Below, one piece after another: positions 55,067 to 64,000 of a stretch of DNA of 64,000 nucleotides (positions are counted from its first letter, which is position 1; each line of letters begins with the position of its first letter). A program made the position numbers and the translations under genes. Below the pieces are notes generated by a model that saw only the letters and a list, made by a program, of their open reading frames with translations, did not search any database and was not told the origin of the DNA. Source of the stretch: Brevibacterium luteolum (GTDB lineage: Bacteria > Actinomycetota > Actinomycetes > Actinomycetales > Brevibacteriaceae); contig NZ_JABEMC010000002.1 of NCBI RefSeq assembly GCF_013004595.1, positions 310,001 to 374,000 of the forward strand, in the 5' to 3' direction.

Positions 55067-55450
55067 TCAATCGCCTGATCGGCTGCGGTGCCGTTCCCGG
55101 CCGGCCGCTGTTCCCTTATTCAGAAGCTCCGACTGCTGCTCCAGAACAGAGCCGGAGACGTAGTCGATTCCGCCGGGGGAGAAGGGGTTGCAGCGCAGCA
55201 GCCGCCAGATCGTCATGACTGTGCCGCGCACGGCTCCCTTGACCTCGAAGGCATCGAGTGCGTACTTCGAGCAGCTGGGGTAGTAGCGGCAGACCTGGCC
55301 GTACAGCGGCGAGATCGCCAGCCGGTACAGCCGCATGAACCACACGAACGGCATCCGCGGGGCGATGCGCAACCAATGCAGGGTCCTGGCGCCGGTTCCC
55401 GCCGGCGCCAGCGGCAGGGAGGAGCGGGTGTGCTCAGCTGAGTGCTTCAT
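55067..55450 (-). CDS. yidD: Membrane protein insertion efficiency factor
   Basis: CRYYPSCSKY, RLLRCNPF. Confidence 0.92.
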   Translation of the reverse strand: MKHSAEHTRSSLPLAPAGTGARTLHWLRIAPRMPFVWFMRLYRLAISPLYGQVCRYYPSCSKYALDAFEVKGAVRGTVMTIWRLLRCNPFSPGGIDYVSGSVLEQQSELLNKGTAAGRERHRSRSGD

Positions 55451-55814
55451 GCCGGCTGCGCCTTTTCTCCTCGCTGGTCAGTCCGAGCCTGTCCATGCCC
55501 TTGGTCAGGGCACGCTCGAGTGCGGCGAAGTCCGCGTCGGCCGCGGCCGGCAGCGCACGGATGACGAGCAGCGTGCCGTTCCCGAGGTGGTGAAGCCGCG
55601 GGCGCATGAGCTCCCGCAGCCGGCGTTTGACTCGGTTGCGGACCACAGCGTTGCCCACTGCCTTGGAAACGACGAAACCCACGCGTGGAGCGTGGGCGTC
55701 GTCGGAAGTCCGCAGGCAGTGGACGACCAGCTGACGGGATCCGGCTTTGGTGCCCGCACGGAAGACCGACCGAAACTCATCGGGCAGTCGCATACGGTTC
55801 ACCGCAGGGAGCAC
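55434..55814 (-). CDS. rnpA: RNase P protein component
   Basis: VGFVVSKAVGNAVVRNRVKRRLR. Confidence 0.95.
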   Translation of the reverse strand: MLPAVNRMRLPDEFRSVFRAGTKAGSRQLVVHCLRTSDDAHAPRVGFVVSKAVGNAVVRNRVKRRLRELMRPRLHHLGNGTLLVIRALPAAADADFAALERALTKGMDRLGLTSEEKRRSRHEALS

Positions 55815-55890
55815 AGGGTCCTCAGATCCCCGAACCCGTACCTGCGCATGCGCAGGAGTGAGGGTGCGGCAGGGTCGTCGACTGTGGCGC

Positions 55891-56028
55891 TCAGGCCGAG
55901 AGGGCCTTGCGTCCCTTGCGGCGGCGGGCAGCCAGAACGGCGCGGCCGGCGCGGGTGCGCATGCGCAGGCGGAAGCCGTGCTTCTTCGAGCGCTTGCGGT
56001 TGTTGGGCTGGAAGGTGTGCTTGCTCAC
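55891..56028 (-). CDS. rpmH: 50S ribosomal protein L34
   Basis: Translated by hand: [45 protein letters not shown]; absent from the ORF track. Confidence 0.97.
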   Translation of the reverse strand: MSKHTFQPNNRKRSKKHGFRLRMRTRAGRAVLAARRRKGRKALSA

Positions 56029-56289
56029 AAGTGTCTCCGTCTATCTGTTGTTGCTTTCAGCCGCCGCAGGAATGCGGGCGGTTCGCACGCAGCTGGTCTC
56101 AGCTCTTGCGAGCGCAGCTGGTGGTGACGCTCCTGCGCCGAGTGGCCAAACGGGGAAGTTCGCTCAATCACAACTCAAGTGGGCCCGCAACACAGGACAC
56201 TCAAGTCTACGAGCGCCTGCTGGGCAGGGTCAAACTCGGTTGCACCGGGGGATGAACGGGACATTCCGGCGTCACACCGCGGTCAACCT

Positions 56290-56450
56290 GAATCCACATA
56301 GTGCCATGAACAACCACGTCCACAACTCACAACGATGTATTTTCCACACGTTTCTCCACCGATGTGGATGATTCCGGCACCGTTGTCGTTTTTTTCCACC
56401 GTCTGTGGAAAACTATGTGGAAGTGATGTCCCCTTGTTATCCACAGCTGA
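56290..56450. promoter_or_regulatory. DnaA-box cluster upstream of dnaA
   Basis: TTTTCCACA 56340, TGTGGATGA 56363, TGTGGAAAA 56404, perfect TTATCCACA 56437-56445. Confidence 0.85.
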
Positions 56451-56463
56451 GGAGGGAGTGTTC

Positions 56464-57996
56464 ATGCCCGAGAACACGGACACCGAGCACCTGCTGACCA
56501 CCTGGCACACGGTGCTGGCGAATCTGCTGAACGACCCGACGATCACAGCCCAGCAGAAGGGCTTCCTGCAGCTGGCAGTGCCCAAGGCAATGGTCGGGGA
56601 CAATCTCGTGGTCCTCTCAGTCCGCGATGACCTCACCCGCTCCACCCTCGAGCGGAACCTCCGCGAGCCGCTGGCGGCCGAGTTCTCCTCCGTCCTCGGT
56701 CACGATGTCAGCTTCGCCATCGCGATCGAACCGGATCTCGATCCGCCGCTGGCCACCCGCGAGAGCCCCGGCGAAACCCCAGCTGAGACTTCCCCTGCCG
56801 AACCCACGGGGCCGGCCACCCCAACCGCTCCGACTGCCAACGCGCCCACCGCCTCGGGCACGGAGACTGCCGCTGCGACCAGCGATGAGATCGACGACGC
56901 AGCCATCGAACAGGTGCTCACACCTGCCCCGGAAGACCAGGCCGGGGGAGTAAGCCAGCTGAATGAGAAGTACACCTTCGACACCTTCGTCATCGGCTCG
57001 TCGAACCGCTTCGCCCACGCCGCTGCCTTCGCCGTGGCCGAATCGCCGGCCAAGGCCTACACCCCGCTGTTCATCTACGGCGATTCGGGACTGGGCAAAA
57101 CCCACCTGCTGCATGCGATCGGGCACTACGCCGCGCAGCTCTACCCGAATATCCGGGTCAAATACGTCTCCAGCGAGGAGTTCGTCAACGACTTCATCAA
57201 CACCATCGGCTCCTCGACGTCTGGTTCGCTGCGCCCGAAGTTCCAGCGCCGGTACCGCGAAGTCGACATCCTCATGATTGATGACATCCAGTTCCTGCAG
57301 GGCAAGGACGCCACCGTCGAGGAGTTCTTCCATACCTTCAACGCCCTGCACAACGAGCACAAGCAGGTCGTCATCACCTCCGACCAGCCGCCGAAGATGC
57401 TCAAGGGCTTTGAGGAGCGGCTGCGCTCGCGCTTCGAGTGGGGGCTGCTGACCGATGTGCAGCCGCCGGACCTCGAGACCCGGTTTGCGATTCTGCGCAA
57501 CAAGTCGATCGCCGAGGGCCTGCAGGTGCCTGACAACGTTCTGGAGTACATCGCCTCGCGGGTGTCCTCGAACATCCGCGAACTCGAGGGCGCGCTCGTG
57601 CGGCTGACGGCTTTCGCCAATCTCAACGACCAGGAGATCGACATGTCCCTGGCTGAGACGGTGCTTAAGGACTACATCACCCATGAGGACACCCCGGAGA
57701 TCACCGCGACCGACATCATGGGCCAGACCGCGGCGTACTTCGGGCTCACGCTCGAGGATCTGTGCGGCTCGAGCCGGTCACGGACGCTGACGACTGCCCG
57801 GCAGATCGCGATGTACCTGTGCCGTGAGCTCACTGATCTGTCGCTGCCGAAGATCGGCCAGGAGTTCGGCGGCCGTGACCACACGACAGTCATGCATGCC
57901 AACAAGAAGATCCGCACGCAGATGGCCGAGCGGCGCAATCTCTACACGCAGGTCACCGAACTGACAAACCGCATCAAACAGCAGCACCGTCTCTGA
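56464..57996 (+). CDS. dnaA: Chromosomal replication initiator
   Basis: YTFDTFVIG, GDSGLGKTHL, IDDIQFL, GGRDHTTVMHA; GGAGGGAG RBS. Confidence 0.98.
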   Translation: MPENTDTEHLLTTWHTVLANLLNDPTITAQQKGFLQLAVPKAMVGDNLVVLSVRDDLTRSTLERNLREPLAAEFSSVLGHDVSFAIAIEPDLDPPLATRESPGETPAETSPAEPTGPATPTAPTANAPTASGTETAAATSDEIDDAAIEQVLTPAPEDQAGGVSQLNEKYTFDTFVIGSSNRFAHAAAFAVAESPAKAYTPLFIYGDSGLGKTHLLHAIGHYAAQLYPNIRVKYVSSEEFVNDFINTIGSSTSGSLRPKFQRRYREVDILMIDDIQFLQGKDATVEEFFHTFNALHNEHKQVVITSDQPPKMLKGFEERLRSRFEWGLLTDVQPPDLETRFAILRNKSIAEGLQVPDNVLEYIASRVSSNIRELEGALVRLTAFANLNDQEIDMSLAETVLKDYITHEDTPEITATDIMGQTAAYFGLTLEDLCGSSRSRTLTTARQIAMYLCRELTDLSLPKIGQEFGGRDHTTVMHANKKIRTQMAERRNLYTQVTELTNRIKQQHRL

Positions 57997-58535
57997 AACG
58001 ACACAGAACACGATCTTCACAGCTGTGGAAAAGTCTGTGTGTAAGGGGGTTCACACCGGGGTGCGACCGGTGTACGATTCCGGGTCGTCGGTGGACGCGT
58101 GTGGAAGCACATCGGTGTGATTTACAGGGTGTGGAGCGCCGTGTGCAGTTTGTCAACAGCTCATCCACCGGGCTGAATCGGACCTCGACCGCCTGGATGC
58201 TCGATGACATCGATGTGATTACACAGGATCCACAGGTGCTACTGACACGACTGCCTATTCATCTATCGAGCTTCCGAAGCGCACCGCTCATTGCTCGGCG
58301 GGCTGTGGATGAGCGAACGACCGGACAGGGGAGTGACATGCTGACTGCGGTGTGACATGGTGCTTCGCACGGCAGCAATGACAAAGCTCCTGGTCAAGCA
58401 CGATTTCGGCCTCCATGCAATTGCCCACGCCGATAGCCCGGTGTAAAGTTTCAGTGCGCTGTCGTGTCCGCATCCAGGGCACGGCAGAAGACCATTCACC
58501 ACACCGGCCAGCACCCTCGATACCGCAGGAGAACC
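57997..58535. other. oriC (dnaA-dnaN intergenic region)
   Basis: Degenerate DnaA boxes at 58024, 58161, 58226 and 58304; trio-like tract at about 58239-58267. Confidence 0.85.
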
Positions 58536-59681
58536 GTGAACACCGACGCAGCGCAGCCCGTGAAGTTCAAAGTCGATCGCGACGTCCTGGCCGAGGCTGT
58601 CACCTGGGCGACCAAGAGCCTCCCACAGCGTCCCGCTGTTCCCGTCCTCACCGGTATCCTCATCACCGCCGATGCCAGCGGCTCGGTGCAGTTGGCCGTC
58701 TTCGACTACGAGGTCTCCTCGCGTGCCGAGATCGCCGCTGAGGTCGAATCCGCCGGCACCGTGCTCGTCTCCGGCCGGCTGCTCGCCGAGATCGCCAAGG
58801 CGCTGCCGAACCAGCCGGTGATCCTCGAGCAGCAGGACAACAAGGTGTCCCTGACCTGCGGTTCCTCCCGGTTCGCACTCATGACGATGCCCGTCGAGGA
58901 GTACCCGGCCCTGCCGGAGATCCCCGAGACTTCGGGCATGGTCGCCTCCAGCGACTTCCAGCACGCCGTCTCCCAGGCCACCATCGCCACCTCCAAGGAC
59001 GACACGCTGCCGATCCTCACCTCGGTCCGCGTCGAGATCGAAGGCGAGACGATCACCCTGCTGGCCACCGACCGCTACCGCCTGGCCGTGCGCGAATTCA
59101 CCTGGAACCCGCGCCGACCGGACTTCTCGGCCACGGCCCTGGTCAGGGGCCGGACCCTCTCAGACGCCGCGAAGGCGATGGGCGGGGACGTCGAGATCGC
59201 CCTGGCCGAATCCGGTGGCAAGGAGATGCTGGCCTTCTCCGCCAACGGCAGGGTCACCACCTCTCTGCTCGTCGAGGGCGACTACCCGAAGGTCCGCTCG
59301 CTGTTCCCCAAGGACGTCGCCATCACCGCCGTGTGCGAGACCGCCACGCTGCGGGAGGCGGTGCGCCGCGTCAGCCTCGTCGCCGAGCGCAACACCCCGA
59401 TCAAGTTCGAGTTCGCCGACGGTGCACTCACCCTGCGCGCCGGCGCCGGCGACGACGCCCAGGCCAGCGAATCGCTGCCGGTCGACATCAGCGGTGAGGA
59501 CATCTCCACCGGCTTCAACCCGCACTTCATCGCCGAGGGCCTGGCCGCCATCGACAAGCCCTACGTCCGGTTCTCCATGACCGAGCCGAAGAAGCCGGTC
59601 GTCATCTCCGGCCAGGACGAAGCCGACAGCGAACTCGACACCTCTTACCGCTACCTGCTCATGCCGGTCATGCGGTTCTGA
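58536..59681 (+). CDS. dnaN: DNA polymerase III beta sliding clamp
   Basis: ATDRYRLA, LVEGDYP, FNP, YLLMPV; GTG start after AGGAG. Confidence 0.97.
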   Translation: MNTDAAQPVKFKVDRDVLAEAVTWATKSLPQRPAVPVLTGILITADASGSVQLAVFDYEVSSRAEIAAEVESAGTVLVSGRLLAEIAKALPNQPVILEQQDNKVSLTCGSSRFALMTMPVEEYPALPEIPETSGMVASSDFQHAVSQATIATSKDDTLPILTSVRVEIEGETITLLATDRYRLAVREFTWNPRRPDFSATALVRGRTLSDAAKAMGGDVEIALAESGGKEMLAFSANGRVTTSLLVEGDYPKVRSLFPKDVAITAVCETATLREAVRRVSLVAERNTPIKFEFADGALTLRAGAGDDAQASESLPVDISGEDISTGFNPHFIAEGLAAIDKPYVRFSMTEPKKPVVISGQDEADSELDTSYRYLLMPVMRF

Positions 59682-60829
59682 TGTGGGTTTCGCGACTTCT
59701 TCTCCGCAACTTCCGCTCCTACCCGCAGCTCAGCCTTGATCTGCAGCCGGGTGTGACGACCTTCGTCGCACCCAACGGCTGGGGGAAGACGAATCTCGTC
59801 GAATCGATCGGCTACCTCGCAGCCCTGCGCTCCCACCGGGTGGCCGGCGATCAGCCGCTCGTGCGCACCGGTGCCGAGCAGGCGACGATCTCCGCTCTGG
59901 CCCACCGCGGGCCCCGCCAGGTCACCCTCGAGGTCACGATCCGGTCCAAGGGTGCCAACCTTGCCCGCATCAACCGCTCACCGGTGCGCGCCCGCGATGT
60001 CCTCGGCCTCGTCCGCGCCGTCGTCTTCGCCCCGGAGAACCTCGCCCTCGTCAAGGGCGACCCGGCCGAGCGCCGCCAGTACCTCGATGACCTGCTCATC
60101 GCCCGCCAGCCGCGCTTCGCCGGGGTCATCGCCGATCACCAGCGAGCATTACGCCAGCGCAACGCGCTGCTCAAGAGCCTGCGCTCCAACCGCGATCCCG
60201 GTCTCGAGGCCACCCTCGACATCTGGGATGAGGCATTCGCCGAGGCCAACGCGCAGCTCGTCCTCGGCCGCCGGCAGCTGCTCGAAGAGCTGCGCGCACC
60301 GGTCACGGCCGCCTTCGCCCACATCGCCTCCGGTGCCGCCGAGGCCCGCCAGCAGGTCGACCTCGACTACACCTCACGTCTCGACTACCGCGGCATCGAC
60401 GATGCCCGTGCCGCCGCCGAGGTGGTCGTCGCGGGGCTCGCCCAGCGCCGCCGCGTCGAGATCGAGCGCGGGCTCACCCTCGTCGGCGCTCAGCGCGATG
60501 ACGTCGAGCTGCTCATCGGGGGAGTGCCGGCCAAGGGCTATGCCTCACACGGGGAATCATGGTCACTGGCCCTGGCGCTCCAGCTGGCCGGCTGGGAGCT
60601 GCTCAGCGGCGAGGACGGGTCACCGGACGATCAGCCAGTGCTCGTGCTCGATGACGTCTTCGCCGAACTCGACGCCGATCGCCGCCGCCGGCTCGCCGAA
60701 CGGATCGACGGCGCCGAACAGGTGCTCATCACCGCCGCCGTCGCCGGCGACATCCCGGACAATCTCAGCGGGCGCATCGTCGACCTGCCCGCACACGTCG
60801 CCGAGGCGGCAGGCAATGAGCAGTCCTGA
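59681..60829 (+). CDS. recF: DNA replication/repair protein RecF
   Basis: NFRSY, PNGWGKTNL, SHGE, LDDVFAELD. Confidence 0.96.
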   Translation: MWVSRLLLRNFRSYPQLSLDLQPGVTTFVAPNGWGKTNLVESIGYLAALRSHRVAGDQPLVRTGAEQATISALAHRGPRQVTLEVTIRSKGANLARINRSPVRARDVLGLVRAVVFAPENLALVKGDPAERRQYLDDLLIARQPRFAGVIADHQRALRQRNALLKSLRSNRDPGLEATLDIWDEAFAEANAQLVLGRRQLLEELRAPVTAAFAHIASGAAEARQQVDLDYTSRLDYRGIDDARAAAEVVVAGLAQRRRVEIERGLTLVGAQRDDVELLIGGVPAKGYASHGESWSLALALQLAGWELLSGEDGSPDDQPVLVLDDVFAELDADRRRRLAERIDGAEQVLITAAVAGDIPDNLSGRIVDLPAHVAEAAGNEQS

Positions 60830-61334
60830 GCACCTCGTGCCCGTCGCCAGCCTGGAGGCACTCGACCGGATCCGGCGGATGGCCGATTCCGAGTTTAGGC
60901 CGCTTCACCGCGGGCCGCGCCGCAGCCTGGCCGGAATGCGGCGAGCGGAGATCGCCTACACGTCTGCCCGGCCGGACTCGCGTGATCCGCAGCCGCTCGA
61001 TGCCAGCCTCAAGGCGCTGGTGAAGAACCAGGGCTGGACGAACAACCTCGACGTCGGCGCGGTGCTCGGCCGCTGGGACGAGCTCGTCGGCAAGAACGTC
61101 GCCGCCCACTGCACCCCGGAGAAGTTCGACCCACCGGTGCTCGTCATCCGCGCCTCCTCGACGACGTGGGCGACCCAGCTGACGATCCTGCGCACACAAC
61201 TGCTCGATCGGTTCGAACGCGAACTCGGCCGCCGCATCATCGACGACATCGAGATCATCGGACCGGTGCAGCGGTCGTGGAAACACGGCAGACGCTCAGT
61301 CAAAGGTCGGGGACCTCGCGACACCTACGGATAG
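60816..61334 (+). CDS. DciA/DUF721 family protein
   Basis: RWDELVG..VAAH, SSTTWATQL, GRGPRDTYG; ATG at 60816. Confidence 0.9.
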   Translation: MSSPEHLVPVASLEALDRIRRMADSEFRPLHRGPRRSLAGMRRAEIAYTSARPDSRDPQPLDASLKALVKNQGWTNNLDVGAVLGRWDELVGKNVAAHCTPEKFDPPVLVIRASSTTWATQLTILRTQLLDRFERELGRRIIDDIEIIGPVQRSWKHGRRSVKGRGPRDTYG

Positions 61335-61347
61335 ACTCCGGATCGAT

Positions 61348-62094
61348 ATGCCTGCCACCATCCTCCTTGCCCAGACGCGCACCGGCGAGCTGCTCGAGCG
61401 CCTGAGCGCCCACACCCCGCCGGCCCACGGCACACTCATCTTCCTGCTCATCGGCGCGATCATCGCCGCCGTCCTCGTCATCCCGCGCGGCATGTGGCGG
61501 CTCACCGGCCTCATCGTCACCATCGTCCACGAACTCGGCCACGGATTCGCCGGACTCATGCTCGGCCGCAGATCCCTGGCGATCCGCATCTCACCTGACC
61601 AATCCGGCCTCGCGCTCTCCCGCGGGACCGGCACCTCGGCGCCGTGGATGACCTTCTGGGGATATCCGGCACCGGCACTCATCGGCTCCCTGCTCATCTT
61701 CGCCGCCCTCTTCGGCTATCCGGCCCCAGCCCTGGCAGCAGCTGCCGTGCTGCTGATCATCTCGCTCGTCTTCATGCGCGGGTTCCTCGCCGTGGCCGTC
61801 ACCGCACTGACCGCCGTGATCGCCGGGTTGCTCGTGTTCTGGGCGCCGCCGGTCATCGCCTCCTATGCCGCGCTCGGCGCGGGGCTGTTCCTGCTGCTCG
61901 GGGCATGGAAGGCCTTCGGCAACCTGCTCGGTGCCCACGCCCGGGGTGATCGCGGCCAGTCCGATGCCGCGATCCTCGCCCGCGCCACCCGCGTGCCGGC
62001 AGGCGTATGGATCGTGCTCATGCTCCTGGCGATGGCCGGATTCACCGCCCTGAGCGCCTGGGGTGTGTGGCACCATCTCCAGGTCCTGGGCTGA
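61348..62094 (+). CDS. M50B-like membrane metallopeptidase
   Basis: HELGH, GYPAP, SDAAILA; multiple TMs. Confidence 0.85.
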   Translation: MPATILLAQTRTGELLERLSAHTPPAHGTLIFLLIGAIIAAVLVIPRGMWRLTGLIVTIVHELGHGFAGLMLGRRSLAIRISPDQSGLALSRGTGTSAPWMTFWGYPAPALIGSLLIFAALFGYPAPALAAAAVLLIISLVFMRGFLAVAVTALTAVIAGLLVFWAPPVIASYAALGAGLFLLLGAWKAFGNLLGAHARGDRGQSDAAILARATRVPAGVWIVLMLLAMAGFTALSAWGVWHHLQVLG

Positions 62095-62247
62095 GCTGAA
62101 ATCGAGCGCCCAGACCGAGTCCGCAGACCGCGTTGAGAGCCGCTGAGAGCCCCTGAGACGAGTCGGAGTACGTTTGCAGGCCTGAAAACATGGAAAAAGG
62201 CCGATTGCGGGCCGCGCAGGGCATAATCTCGCCGCGCGAGCAGGTAG

Positions 62248-64000
<1,753 letters not shown>

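Overview
High-GC actinobacterial chromosome segment spanning the replication origin. Gene order and protein style suggest Micrococcales, probably Brevibacterium-like (inference). The right part (about 30.8-64 kb) is the conserved oriC neighbourhood: rplI-rpsR-ssb-rpsF, a GT87-like gene, ponA, acyl-CoA synthetase, cca, NUDIX-DUF6049-murJ-pseudokinase, trxB-trxA, cwlM-like, parB-parA with six parS sites, rsmG-jag-yidC-yidD-rnpA-rpmH, then dnaA-oriC-dnaN-recF-dciA, an M50B peptidase and gyrB (truncated). The left part (1-30.7 kb) is accessory. It holds a CseB/CseC-like two-component pair, a DUF222-HNH gene with a PafBC-type promoter, an erm gene, a trehalose-phosphatase/GH15 fusion, a kinase/aminotransferase pair, an SMR pair, a toxin-antitoxin islet next to dnaB, a secreted phospholipase A2 and a TipA-like regulator. 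Main unexplained signals: (1) a perfect 16-bp palindrome CGTCCCCGCGGGGACG in five copies at 2.2-16.6 kb, one inside the DUF222-HNH gene, mirroring parS inside parB; (2) a dispersed CC(A/G)CCTCGGG motif in linkers, tandem arrays and a hairpin; (3) an unannotated RLR leader peptide and attenuator upstream of erm, with its promoter inside the upstream gene. All calls come from reading the sequence; no searches were run.
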